Part shown: in pieces, positions 11,242 through 21,872 of the stretch
How the letters are laid out: each line of letters starts with the position of its first letter
How positions within the stretch are numbered: the first letter of the stretch is position 1
IMG/VR virus record: IMGVR_UViG_3300027793_000064
Origin: an uncultured virus (IMG/VR IMGVR_UViG_3300027793_000064)
Lineage: Duplodnaviria > Heunggongvirae > Uroviricota > Caudoviricetes
DNA length: 64,000 nucleotides
Strand: one strand, 5' to 3'
Notes under the pieces: generated by a model
The model's database searches: none
What the model was told of the DNA's origin: nothing
The model's input: only the letters and a program-made list of their open reading frames with translations
Position numbers and translations under genes: made by a program

Positions 11242-12615
11242 TCAAGGAGTTCCAAATGGATTTTTTTCACTAAAGTCAACTATTACATTTGCTTCTTCTT
11301 GTATTTCTTTATTTTGAGCGAACGGATCGATTAGATTATCGGCTGTAACAATTTTTATTTCATAAGTTGCACTAGATGCTGATCCTACTAATGTTTCTCC
11401 TGGGATAAAATCACCTGTTATATTAGACAATTCTAATTTGTTTGTTGTAGAATTCCAAGCTTTAACTCTTGCAGTGTAACCAGATTGGGAGCCGATGACA
11501 GTCTCATTATATCTATATGTACCATATCCAACTACATAAGGACTTTGTATTTGGATAATTGGATTTTCCGTATATCCAATTCCAGTAGTTATAATTCCAA
11601 TTCTTGTAACAACTCCATTTTCTATTATTGCTCTCGCTTGTGCAGATATTGAAGAAATTCCAATAAATTGTACTGTTGGCTCAATTGTGTATCCGGATCC
11701 ACCATTTGTTACTGAAATGTTACCCACTATCCCATCTCCAATGGAAGCCACTGCCGTTGCTCCCTTTCCCCCACCACCATAAAAAGCAATAGTTGGGGGG
11801 GAAGTGTACCCATAACCAGCATTTGTAATTTCTACTCCCTGAACTCTAAACAAACTAGAATCAGGTTCGCACAAATCAACTATTCCTCCAATCATTGTTG
11901 CTATTCCAGTTGCTGTCTGCCCAGAAATTGGAATTCCAAACTTTACTTGTGGTGCAGACTTATATCCTTCTCCTCTATTTGTAATTTTTACGAATGTCAC
12001 GCCACCATTTACTATAGTGGCAGTTGCTGTCGCGGACACTCCAGCACCAATCATATCAAAAGTCTGGATATAGCCTTGCTTCTCTACATTATCATCTATG
12101 AATTCTATTCCAGTATCAACTAGTTCGTCTTGGTATCTGAATAGTTCGCATCTCAATGTATAAACATAAGTTTGTTGAAGTTGATAAAATGGTACTTCAT
12201 GCTCAACAAATTTAATTTCAAATAACCTATCACCCAAAGGAAAATATATCAAATCTCCTTCTTTTGGTCTTGTCGCTAATTCGACATTAGATTGATTTTT
12301 TATTAGTGGTGAAATATAATTTTCAAATCTTTCTTTTGAGATAATAAGATTCAAATCAGTGTAAGGTTGAACTCCAAATTTTGTAAGTAAAGTTCCAGCA
12401 CCTTCATATCCATCGTATGTATCAACATACGCCTCAATGGGATATGCATTATCGAATTCAGATTCTATTACCTCTTTTATAATTGTTTTTTTGGTTAGAT
12501 ACTTTCTGGGAATGTAATATACATCTATTCCATATATTTTTAATTGTTCATTTATGAGATCTTGAATTAGACCTTGTTCGGTTTTTGATCCTTGAAGAAA
12601 AAATGGATTTAACAT
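11242..12615 (-). CDS. gp14: Neck protein with inserted Gly-rich beta repeats
   Basis: RPKEGDLIYFPL, LFEIKFVEHE and FSEKNPFG motifs. Confidence 0.93.
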   Translation of the reverse strand: MLNPFFLQGSKTEQGLIQDLINEQLKIYGIDVYYIPRKYLTKKTIIKEVIESEFDNAYPIEAYVDTYDGYEGAGTLLTKFGVQPYTDLNLIISKERFENYISPLIKNQSNVELATRPKEGDLIYFPLGDRLFEIKFVEHEVPFYQLQQTYVYTLRCELFRYQDELVDTGIEFIDDNVEKQGYIQTFDMIGAGVSATATATIVNGGVTFVKITNRGEGYKSAPQVKFGIPISGQTATGIATMIGGIVDLCEPDSSLFRVQGVEITNAGYGYTSPPTIAFYGGGGKGATAVASIGDGIVGNISVTNGGSGYTIEPTVQFIGISSISAQARAIIENGVVTRIGIITTGIGYTENPIIQIQSPYVVGYGTYRYNETVIGSQSGYTARVKAWNSTTNKLELSNITGDFIPGETLVGSASSATYEIKIVTADNLIDPFAQNKEIQEEANVIVDFSEKNPFGTP

Positions 12616-12618
12616 ATA

Positions 12619-13434
12619 TTATCCAATGAGATCTAGTGGAGGAAGCTCATAAGTACTAGACATTCTTTCCATAATAATATCTAATTCTCTTTGGGCATCA
12701 TCATATATTGGTCTACCATCTAATTCAATTCCTCCAGGAAGTTTTACTCCTCTAAATTTAATTAAATTTTGTCCCCATTGTCTTTTTATGAGTGCAGTCA
12801 AGTATTGCTTTAAAAATGAATCATTCCAAACTTTTGTTGATTCGGCTGGGTTTAGTGCCCTATAACAATCAATTATAAGAGTTTGTCCTACAGTCACACT
12901 AGACCAATCTATATCCAAATACAATCTATCTTCTCTTTTATTGAATCTGACCTGTTTCTGTGTTGTTAGCAACCAATTAAGGTCTTCCAAGTAAGTTTTC
13001 ACCATTGAATAAGACAATAATTCAGTCGATCCCCAATAATAAACATCATTCAAGAACAATTGATATTTAATACTGAACATTCCACTGGAAATACTATTTG
13101 AACCCTCAAATTGAAATATCTTGTTTATTCCAATTACATATGAAGGTATTTGCAAATAATTTGCTGTCTCTTTATATTCATAAGTTTTATTTCCAGCAAC
13201 TGTGGTTATCCCTACTCCTTCTTTTCCTCTTGCTCTGTCTAAATCTTGTTGTGTGATTTCATATCTTAGTAGAGTTGGAGATACTCCATCAAAATGTCTT
13301 TCTTGAAAAAATTGTATTGCATCATCCACCAAATCTTCTATTTGTTCTTGTGCAACATTAATTTCTAAAACTGGAGCACCCAATTTTCTTAAGCAATAAT
13401 CAATTAGTTCTTGTCTTGTGGAAGGTTGTGCCAT
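12619..13434 (-). CDS. gp13: Neck protein
   Basis: LRKLGAPVLEINV and KRQWGQNLIKF..VKLPGG motifs. Confidence 0.95.
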   Translation of the reverse strand: MAQPSTRQELIDYCLRKLGAPVLEINVAQEQIEDLVDDAIQFFQERHFDGVSPTLLRYEITQQDLDRARGKEGVGITTVAGNKTYEYKETANYLQIPSYVIGINKIFQFEGSNSISSGMFSIKYQLFLNDVYYWGSTELLSYSMVKTYLEDLNWLLTTQKQVRFNKREDRLYLDIDWSSVTVGQTLIIDCYRALNPAESTKVWNDSFLKQYLTALIKRQWGQNLIKFRGVKLPGGIELDGRPIYDDAQRELDIIMERMSSTYELPPLDLIG

Positions 13435-13435
13435 G

Positions 13436-13600
13436 TTACAATTTAGATACTACTTCTTGTTGCTTTAAGTATAACTTAATATAAGACTTTGCAAAATTTT
13501 TAACAATTTCTATATCATCTATACTATCTATATCTCTAGATAATTTTTCGTATTCAAACATTTTATTAAAATCTTCTAGAATTATTTTATCTGGATTCAT
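13436..13600 (-). CDS. Small helical protein, weakly NblA-like
   Basis: Read by hand: MNPDKIILEDFNKMFEYEKLSRDIDSIDDIEIVKNFAKSYIKLYLKQQEVVSKL; fills the gap before gp13 exactly. Confidence 0.6.
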   Translation of the reverse strand: MNPDKIILEDFNKMFEYEKLSRDIDSIDDIEIVKNFAKSYIKLYLKQQEVVSKL

Positions 13601-13811
13601 TTTTTATTTCTAGTAGTAATGTTTTTATTAAATTCAAATCATCTTTCATTGTTGAAATTTCACACTCAATTTGCCTCATCTTAAAATTTTCTTTTTCTTT
13701 GGTATCAGTTGCTTTTATGTGGTTTTCATACTCAATTGAATTTATGTTCAATATTGCATTTGTGTTTTTATCTCTAACTAAGTTTGGGTTTCCTTTTACT
13801 TTATAATACAT
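13587..13811 (-). CDS. Hypothetical protein
   Basis: Tightly packed ORF; LVRD..TNAILN motif followed by a coiled-coil tail. Confidence 0.75.
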   Translation of the reverse strand: MYYKVKGNPNLVRDKNTNAILNINSIEYENHIKATDTKEKENFKMRQIECEISTMKDDLNLIKTLLLEIKNESR

Positions 13812-13812
13812 A

Positions 13813-16278
13813 TTAGACTACTGAAATTACACGAAGATCTTTAATTCTTGGTGGATATGTCTGATTTACTGATGTTCCTATGATTTTTATGCTAAATGAT
13901 TTGAATGGCCCTATAGATTCTGCTGTGAACTCATAATCGACAAATGGAGTATTAGTAGAACCGTCTGATATTAATACATCAGTTTTAATTAATTTCGTAT
14001 CTGGGGAGCCATCATTATTTGATGGATCGATAGTAATGCCATTATTCAGATTCAAATATCCAGGAAATGGGAAGTAATTGAGTTTTAAATTATTATCATT
14101 TGATACTGAATATAACAATTTAATATCATTGTATATATTTACATAGGCAGATAAAATTACCTTTAGACTTTGTGCTGGATTTTCTAGATATATTGGTTTT
14201 GTTGCATATACAAATGAAGATGGATCCCCCTCCAGAGTAGATACCCTATCATCAGTTGAATAATTTTCTATTTTTTTATCAACTCTATTTGAAGTGAGAA
14301 CTATAGATGTTCTATCGAGAGCAGAAATCACTGGAGACAATTTTTCATCAATAGATCCCAGAATCATATTCAAATTAAAAGACTTATTTCCAGGCAAAAA
14401 TGATAATTTTTGACTTTCGTTCAAAGTGGAGCATATAACTCTCTGTGAACTCAAATAATTTGTTGCATTTAAATTTATTGACTCAAATCCCTGATCAACA
14501 AATGGAGTTTCTATTCCATCCACACTTTTTCCACTTACTGTTCTTATTGCGGAAGAAATTTCTGTTCTCGGTGGAGAAAAAGTTTGTATATTTGGAATTA
14601 TTATACCATATTGTATATTTTTTGTTGCTGTTACTCTCATTCCACCAGAAGATTTTGTTTCTTTTATATAAAGTGGACTAACTACGGTCCTATCTTTTCC
14701 ATTTGATGGCCCAACTGAAAGCTTTATATTATAGTAATCCAATCCTATTGGGTCAGATGTCGTTACATCAGATAAATTGTGCGTAGTATTGATTCTTCTT
14801 AAGGAAATTCCATTCGATTCATATTTGTATATAGAAATTCCCAACTCATAAGTTCCTCTTTTTGTTGAATCGACTCCTCTTGTAATTCCTTTCAAGGTAT
14901 TTCCAGAAACTTCATTATAAGATAAAATTTCACTTCCAATTAGAATATAACCAAGATTGTTTGAATTTACTGATAGTCCCTCAAATGAAGAAAAATTGGA
15001 AGAGTTTTCTACTACAATGTCATTAGTTGAAGATTCCGTATAAGAATTTAATAATAGAGTTGTTGGAGACAAATCGGAAATTACATTTGAAATTTTTACC
15101 ACATCACTACTAGAATGCATACCATGATTATAATGGTTTACTTTTATGTGTTTGCCATCATGTATTTCTATTGGAGCAGATGATAGCAATATGTTTGATC
15201 CATTCCCATTTAAATCCGTTGTGATCCCCAAATTATTAGTATATCGTATTGTTTTTCCAATACCAGTTTCAAAATTTCCCTGTACTTGGTCTAATATTAA
15301 TTCATTGTATGCTGAAATATTAGCAACAGACAGCTTCATATTTCTTCCTAATTTATTAGTTCCTGGTGCATTTATAGTGAGTAAATCGCCTATTTTATAT
15401 CCAACTCCACCAGAAGAAATAGTTGCACCAGAAGAAACTACAACTCCATTAGCTATAGTTAAATTTGCAGTTGCATTTTGTCCAGTCCCAGTCAAACTTA
15501 TCAATGGGACACTAGAATAGTATCCATTTTCATATGCCTCTCCATCATCAATTATTGTCAAACCACCGAAAGCTGATCCACCATACCCCACAAAATTTCC
15601 AGTTGCGTTAGTGATCGATTGTATTACAGTGTTCCCAAAAGATAAATTTGGGTCCGATACAGTCTTTGATAGCCCAACTCTGATTTTTTTCGCATTAAAT
15701 TCTAATGGGTTTTTTAATAGTTTTGATATATTTTCTTGTTGGTCCAAATCAGAATTATAAAAATTTACAACTCCCCCATCAACAATGTTAAAACTTGCTC
15801 TGCGCAGGGTATATTTCAGATCATCATATTGGTTTGCTGTCCATGTTGATCCACTTTGCGATAAAAAGAGAGAGCCAGAATCCGGCTGTTTATTGACAAA
15901 AATTTGCCTAGAATTTATGGCATTATAACTTGCTGCATCCAATTCTCCCAATCTGGAAATCCAAACTTTATAATCCGAAGAATTCGAAATTACTACCAAT
16001 GAATGAAATGTTTCTCCAGATAAGTATACTGGAGAAGGAAATGTAAAAGTAGTTGGCACAGAAGAATTCGAGGAAATATTGACTTCATTTGAATATAATG
16101 TTACTTCACTTTCAGGATATACAATAGTATCCGGCGTTCCCAGCTTCATTGGCCTCAGTTGTACCGTTACTGGTTGTGATGGATCTTTAGAATAAAAATA
16201 CAAATCAACAGAAGTTACAAATATTCCCGTTTCGGGAGCAACATAGAATGATTGAGCTAACGGACTTCTAATTTCCAT
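13813..16278 (-). CDS. Virion structural protein (C-terminal-half homologue of the large cyanophage tail/baseplate protein)
   Basis: Starts with the PLAQSF motif, ends PPRIKDLRVI; own late-promoter-like AATAAATA near 16296. Confidence 0.8.
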   Translation of the reverse strand: MEIRSPLAQSFYVAPETGIFVTSVDLYFYSKDPSQPVTVQLRPMKLGTPDTIVYPESEVTLYSNEVNISSNSSVPTTFTFPSPVYLSGETFHSLVVISNSSDYKVWISRLGELDAASYNAINSRQIFVNKQPDSGSLFLSQSGSTWTANQYDDLKYTLRRASFNIVDGGVVNFYNSDLDQQENISKLLKNPLEFNAKKIRVGLSKTVSDPNLSFGNTVIQSITNATGNFVGYGGSAFGGLTIIDDGEAYENGYYSSVPLISLTGTGQNATANLTIANGVVVSSGATISSGGVGYKIGDLLTINAPGTNKLGRNMKLSVANISAYNELILDQVQGNFETGIGKTIRYTNNLGITTDLNGNGSNILLSSAPIEIHDGKHIKVNHYNHGMHSSSDVVKISNVISDLSPTTLLLNSYTESSTNDIVVENSSNFSSFEGLSVNSNNLGYILIGSEILSYNEVSGNTLKGITRGVDSTKRGTYELGISIYKYESNGISLRRINTTHNLSDVTTSDPIGLDYYNIKLSVGPSNGKDRTVVSPLYIKETKSSGGMRVTATKNIQYGIIIPNIQTFSPPRTEISSAIRTVSGKSVDGIETPFVDQGFESINLNATNYLSSQRVICSTLNESQKLSFLPGNKSFNLNMILGSIDEKLSPVISALDRTSIVLTSNRVDKKIENYSTDDRVSTLEGDPSSFVYATKPIYLENPAQSLKVILSAYVNIYNDIKLLYSVSNDNNLKLNYFPFPGYLNLNNGITIDPSNNDGSPDTKLIKTDVLISDGSTNTPFVDYEFTAESIGPFKSFSIKIIGTSVNQTYPPRIKDLRVISVV

Positions 16279-16310
16279 TTATATTACCTTTTTTGTATTT
16301 ATTCTTATGA

Positions 16311-19300
16311 TCATCTTCTTCTGTTACTATTATCAGATCTAGAGGAAGAAGGTGGAGGATTTTGTCTTGGTGGATCTTGTCTTGGTGGATTTTGTCTTGG
16401 GGGATCTTGCCTTGGAGGATTTTGTCTTGGTGGATCTTGCCTTGGTGGATCTCGTCTTGGTGGATTTTGTCTTGGGGGATCTTGCCTTGGAGAATTTTGT
16501 CTTGGTGAATCTTGCCTTGGAGAATTTTGTCTTGGTGGATCTTGTCTTGGTGCAGATCCCGGTCCTTTCACTACATTTGCTCCAGCTTGCTGTAGAGCTT
16601 TTACTATTTGGTTGCCATCATTTTTTGGTATTGTTCCACTTGGATTTGTGTCTATTTTTATATCCAATCTTCTTGCTACTTGTTGGGCAGTGGTTACATT
16701 TGAATTTGGATGTAATTCCTTATATGCATTAACTATTTTTTGTTGTGCCGCATTAGCATACACTGGACCACCTTTATTGACTTCTACTACTTTTGGTGGT
16801 AATGCAACCTGAATAGGCGTCACAGTAGGAGGAATTGGCGCAGGAGGCTTCGTTTCGCTCTTTGGAGTTGGTTCGGGCTGACTATAATAAGATGGAGATG
16901 CAGAAGGTGATGGTGATGGTGGTGGGGGTAATATTTCTGGAGCATAACTAGGAGGACTGACAGAGAGAATTATTTCTTCTATATTATTGAGAGTTCCTTG
17001 CGAATAGAATTTCTCATATGCATAAGTAAATACAATTCCTGGAATTAGAGAATTGGTTGTGCTGTTAGTCAATCTAAATACCTTTTCTCCTGATGTAAAT
17101 CTATCACCAATTTGGTTAATATTATCTGTATTTGGAATTCTAAATGATCCAATTACAGTCCCAGAATCATCAGTAATTAATCGTATATCCTTTATTATTG
17201 CAGTAGCATTACTAGTTTGTCCAGTCAATTTCATTCCAATCTTTAAATTTCCATAAAAATTCGATTGACCTCGATATGAAAGACTAAATGTATCAATATT
17301 TAAAATATTCGATGTACTGGAATATAAAGAAGGTATAATTTGACTTCTATCATATGGATTTGTATTATATTTTTTGGTTGGGTTATTATATGGGCCAATC
17401 TTATGATCTGGAGTACAAAGTCTAAAACTACCCCCATCTTCCAATTCGTAGTTTGAGGATCTAAAATAATCTAAAATAATATTTGTTGCTGGATTATTTC
17501 GAGAATCTGTGGTTGAAGTTAGGTTTCTTAAATCAGAAATGGTTTCTATACTAATTCCGATCTTATTTAATTTTTGTTTTAATAGATCTGGTACAGTACC
17601 TATACTAGAAAGCCAAGAACCAAATGAATCTTCTATTTTTGCAGTGATAGTCTCCCCAACTTGGAAAACACCACTTGTCATTTGAACTTCTATTAATTTT
17701 GGAATTATATGCTTGTTTACATCTACATTATCAAAAAATGCATAGAGTCTAGTGTATGGTTTCATTCTTTCGGCTCTAAACTCTATATTCCTTTTTCTCA
17801 TGTATGGAATTTGTTCAGTTGATATTAGGTCTTTTGTCCATAGACTTCCGCCATTCCATACAGGAGCGGAAAATCCAGTTTCTTCGGTATCTTCTGTTAA
17901 TGTAATTTGTTTGCTAGTTTCTGTTATATCTCCATCTAAATCAGTTAAAGTCGTTAGTGTCTTCCTCTGACTTATCCAAGTATCGGATGATGGGCTTAAT
18001 GTTATTCCACCAACATATTCAGATGTAGAATATGAAGTAACTTCGGTCACCCTAGTAGAAAAGGGCTGATTATTTTCTACTACTTCCACATAATCTAATG
18101 TTATTATATTTCCTGTCTTTTTTATATTACTAGAAATAAAATCATTGGAATAATTTATATCCACACTAAAATCTTTATTTAATATTATAGAAGATTCTCC
18201 TAATATTAAATCACAATTTGTTGTGTAGTGGGTTGGTCTCAACTCATTATTAGATGGATCTATACTATTTTTCACTATTGTGTCTTTTTGTTGATACAAA
18301 GTAGTGGTAAAATTATCCACAAAAAATCCAGATTTAAATCTTGGATTTCCGTTACTATCAAATATAGCTAAATTTGCTGTTTCCTTTTCTAATAAAGACA
18401 AAGTGGAGTAATATTCTAAATTTTCTATTCTAGTTTCTAATTTTCCAATATCCGACATTGTGTAGCGTTTGTAGTCTTTTTTGGTTATAGAAACATCACT
18501 GGCATTAAAAGTATAAGCTGGGACATAGATTGTAGCTACTTCAATAGAATCATCTATCGAATATGGGAATTGATTGGTTTCTGCTGGCTCCCCAGATTTT
18601 AATTGGAATAATGCATCTTTAGAAAGAAATATTTTGTCTACTCTTGGTAGATAGAAAGAATAAGACAAATTAATATTTTCATCTGATGCTAGGACATATT
18701 TTGATGCATTATTATATGTCTCAGAAAAAATTCTTGACATAAATTCAAATGGAGATCTAGCGCCTTCAGATACTTGATAATTTATTACTCTTGGCCTAAC
18801 ATCAATGATGTCACTGTTTCTTACCTGATTTATGTTTGATATTTCGGAATAATCGAAATTTTGATATGAATTTATTGTGGTTATATCACCAATATCGGAA
18901 GGAGAATATGATGCGGATTCGAAATAAACCTTTATTTTTCTTATTGGTTCTTTATATGTTTGTTTTCTTATAATTCTGGAATAATCATATATTGTATTTC
19001 TTTGTCCATTATCTAAAATATAACTCGATGTTATGTCTTTATCACCAACTATAGTAGAATTTACGGTAGCAGTTGTCAGAGATGATTCGAAAGTTATGGT
19101 TTCCCCTCTAATGAATGAATTTGAATTTAGATATATAAAACCTATTGTTCCTAAATCTACTTTTTCTGCATAAATTGCTACAGCATTACTGACTTCTCCG
19201 ATAAAAATCTCACCCAGTTGAATATCATCTATAGTTCCAGATATTCCATTAATTCTACTTAGAGTCATTCTTGGTGTAGTTGGATCCGAATTTAAATTAG

Positions 19301-21857
19301 AGCTATCGGATTTTTCAAATATTCCATAAATTTTAGTAATATCAGATTGTAATAGACATACTTCGTCATCTTCTACTCTTGTTCCATATGGATAATTACC
19401 ATAAATTAAGCCATTATTGAGTGTAGTTTCTCCAATACCGGAGCCAACTAGTCTAGATTTATCAATTACAACGGATTTAATTTTAGATCTATTTTTTAGT
19501 TTTGTTTTTACTTTAGTTTTATTGAGTGTAGCAATCAATTTGGCAGCACTATTTGTGACCGACAGCCCATTAAATTTTATTGTGAGACCACCAGAACTAG
19601 TATAAGTATTTAAATCAAATTTATCGCTAGTTAAAGATTCTGTTATCCCATTTTCTGTAATTAATACATATCTTTCTTCATCAAAGGGTAAAAAAGTTTC
19701 ATCTTCGTTAGCAGAAATATTTCCTGTAGAATTTGATGTTATAGTTACTTCAAATTGTCTTTTTACTGTTAAATTGGAATTGGTTAAATCGACATCACTG
19801 ATGATATCTTTTGGGAGTTTTGTATATAAACTTTCATTTTCCGATGCTACACGCTTTGTTCCTAATAACTTGAAGTCGGTTATTAATGCATTCGTTTGCG
19901 GCAATTCGCCATCACAAACTCCGATTACGGTGGTAACTCCACTTAGAGTTAATGTAGTCGCAGTAACATTATTTACCTTCGCATAACTTGGATATGTTTT
20001 TCCTTGAATGGTATATGATACCAAATCACCTTTGTTTACAACACCAGAAAAAATTGGGATATTTGATTTTGCAGTAGAAATGCCTAAAATACTATCTATT
20101 TGAGAAATCTCTACATTTGTAAATTGTTTTTTTGTGGTTTGTACAGTATCTGCAGAAAAAGTATAAGATGTGCCAACTAAACCGTATAGCGATTTTACAT
20201 TGTCTATTGTATAAGATGTAATGGAAGTTGAAACTCTAGTGTTTTCGTTTTCTACATCATTAAAAATTAATTTTTCACCTGAAATAAAATTGCCAGATAT
20301 ATTGTATGCGGTCAGTATCCCAGAATTTGAAACGGTAAATCGTAAAAATCCACTCGCCCCACTAGATTTTCCTTTTATGTATGATGGGGCATTCAGACTT
20401 ATTACTTCATTTATTCCTATTTCTGTATAAGTTTGTACATCATATAAAGATATGTCCCATTGATTTGTATTCGGTATCAAAGAATCATATGATCCAGATT
20501 CCAGTGAAAAATCATAAACTCTTGCTATTCCAATTTCTTTCCCCGATGGGGAAGAAGAGTTTATCCCTACTCTTTCATTTCTTAAACTTAAAGTATAAGT
20601 AGAAAATCCTACTGTTGGGGATCCATATACTCTATTGAGAGTTAATGTTGAACCTGTATTATATACTACACTTTGATTTTCAAGTGTCTTGACTGTTCTT
20701 GCTTTTTGGAAATCTAAAAATACCGGAGAAATGACATTTACTTCATATCCTTTAATATAAGCTTTTAGAGGAGAAATTTGATATGTCCCTAGGCTTTCAT
20801 CTGGAACATTTTCATTAAAAGTTACTTGATTTTTATTATAAATTCCACCATTTCCTAATAAATTGTTTAATGTCTCTTTTGCTGATATAGTTGGAGACTT
20901 AACATAATAATCGCCCGATTCATCATAAGTTCTTCTTGCTAGTTCTTTTCCTAATTCATTTAAACGAGGATCAGTCTGAGTATTTTTGATTACTCCTTCA
21001 TTTACTTCAAGTAATTTTATAAAATTATCTGGAAATTCCTCTCCAGTCCCCACTTTAGTGAGAACTAACGATATTCCTAATCTATCAGCACCTGGAGCCG
21101 CATAGTTTGAAAATCCTTTGGCATTGTCATTTAAAAATTGATCTTCTTCTGATGTGATTATATCTTCTACTACTTCAAACCCAACGGAATAACTTGGAAA
21201 ATTGCTATATTGATCTAATATTATAAATTGGGAATCACTTTTTACGAAGTATCCTCTTACAAAATATATTCCGGGTGCAACTGATAATTGAGAACCAACA
21301 GAATTACAATTTCCATCTATAGTGGAAGCAAAAGCTTCTCCCCTTCTTATGGTTAAAAATGAATCTGGGTTGACATTTATAGTAAATATGGTATCTTCTT
21401 CTAAAAGTAAATTCTCACCATCCGAAAATCCAACATACTCCGAATTTTCGTAATCGGAATCTATATAATTTACATAAATTGTTGTGTTATTTCTTTCAGA
21501 TTGCTGCGAATTTATGCAACTTATTATTTTTGCTCTTACTCCACTTGATTGTCCAAATATAGTTTTTCCAGTAATTGAATCAAGATAATTAAATATTTCA
21601 ATTCCGTTAAAATTGTTTTTTAATTCTACCGCATAATATCTGTCATTATATGTAATGCTACCAGGTACGACTGGACTTCCCTCTTGAAATGCCCAATTAC
21701 CAAATTGTTCAATTTGATTTTGAAGTATAGATTGTAGCGTAGTTAATTCTCTAGCTTGTATCGGATAACCGGGTTTAAATAATATCTTATGATAAATGTT
21801 ATCTGGATTGAAATCATCAAAATATGGATAAGTATTTAAATTAGTTTTTTGTGGCAT
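16311..21857 (-). CDS. Large virion structural protein (DUF4815/VrlC-like) with Pro-rich tail
   Basis: PYFDDF, QARELTTLQSILQNQ, APGADRL, ARRTYDESGDY and RFKSGFFVDNF motifs; follows gp8. Confidence 0.85.
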   Translation of the reverse strand: MPQKTNLNTYPYFDDFNPDNIYHKILFKPGYPIQARELTTLQSILQNQIEQFGNWAFQEGSPVVPGSITYNDRYYAVELKNNFNGIEIFNYLDSITGKTIFGQSSGVRAKIISCINSQQSERNNTTIYVNYIDSDYENSEYVGFSDGENLLLEEDTIFTINVNPDSFLTIRRGEAFASTIDGNCNSVGSQLSVAPGIYFVRGYFVKSDSQFIILDQYSNFPSYSVGFEVVEDIITSEEDQFLNDNAKGFSNYAAPGADRLGISLVLTKVGTGEEFPDNFIKLLEVNEGVIKNTQTDPRLNELGKELARRTYDESGDYYVKSPTISAKETLNNLLGNGGIYNKNQVTFNENVPDESLGTYQISPLKAYIKGYEVNVISPVFLDFQKARTVKTLENQSVVYNTGSTLTLNRVYGSPTVGFSTYTLSLRNERVGINSSSPSGKEIGIARVYDFSLESGSYDSLIPNTNQWDISLYDVQTYTEIGINEVISLNAPSYIKGKSSGASGFLRFTVSNSGILTAYNISGNFISGEKLIFNDVENENTRVSTSITSYTIDNVKSLYGLVGTSYTFSADTVQTTKKQFTNVEISQIDSILGISTAKSNIPIFSGVVNKGDLVSYTIQGKTYPSYAKVNNVTATTLTLSGVTTVIGVCDGELPQTNALITDFKLLGTKRVASENESLYTKLPKDIISDVDLTNSNLTVKRQFEVTITSNSTGNISANEDETFLPFDEERYVLITENGITESLTSDKFDLNTYTSSGGLTIKFNGLSVTNSAAKLIATLNKTKVKTKLKNRSKIKSVVIDKSRLVGSGIGETTLNNGLIYGNYPYGTRVEDDEVCLLQSDITKIYGIFEKSDSSNLNSDPTTPRMTLSRINGISGTIDDIQLGEIFIGEVSNAVAIYAEKVDLGTIGFIYLNSNSFIRGETITFESSLTTATVNSTIVGDKDITSSYILDNGQRNTIYDYSRIIRKQTYKEPIRKIKVYFESASYSPSDIGDITTINSYQNFDYSEISNINQVRNSDIIDVRPRVINYQVSEGARSPFEFMSRIFSETYNNASKYVLASDENINLSYSFYLPRVDKIFLSKDALFQLKSGEPAETNQFPYSIDDSIEVATIYVPAYTFNASDVSITKKDYKRYTMSDIGKLETRIENLEYYSTLSLLEKETANLAIFDSNGNPRFKSGFFVDNFTTTLYQQKDTIVKNSIDPSNNELRPTHYTTNCDLILGESSIILNKDFSVDINYSNDFISSNIKKTGNIITLDYVEVVENNQPFSTRVTEVTSYSTSEYVGGITLSPSSDTWISQRKTLTTLTDLDGDITETSKQITLTEDTEETGFSAPVWNGGSLWTKDLISTEQIPYMRKRNIEFRAERMKPYTRLYAFFDNVDVNKHIIPKLIEVQMTSGVFQVGETITAKIEDSFGSWLSSIGTVPDLLKQKLNKIGISIETISDLRNLTSTTDSRNNPATNIILDYFRSSNYELEDGGSFRLCTPDHKIGPYNNPTKKYNTNPYDRSQIIPSLYSSTSNILNIDTFSLSYRGQSNFYGNLKIGMKLTGQTSNATAIIKDIRLITDDSGTVIGSFRIPNTDNINQIGDRFTSGEKVFRLTNSTTNSLIPGIVFTYAYEKFYSQGTLNNIEEIILSVSPPSYAPEILPPPPSPSPSASPSYYSQPEPTPKSETKPPAPIPPTVTPIQVALPPKVVEVNKGGPVYANAAQQKIVNAYKELHPNSNVTTAQQVARRLDIKIDTNPSGTIPKNDGNQIVKALQQAGANVVKGPGSAPRQDPPRQNSPRQDSPRQNSPRQDPPRQNPPRRDPPRQDPPRQNPPRQDPPRQNPPRQDPPRQNPPPSSSRSDNSNRRR
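16357..16551 (-). repeat. Coding tandem repeat, 13 x 15 bp
   Basis: Encodes PRQD/PRQN-P/S pentapeptides at the C-terminus of the 1848-aa protein. Confidence 0.95.
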
Positions 21858-21872
21858 GATTATCCTAATATA

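Noticed and set aside
16352..16732. Plus-strand LVDLV/LVDFV repeat ORF
   Set aside because: Antisense shadow of the 15-bp coding repeat.
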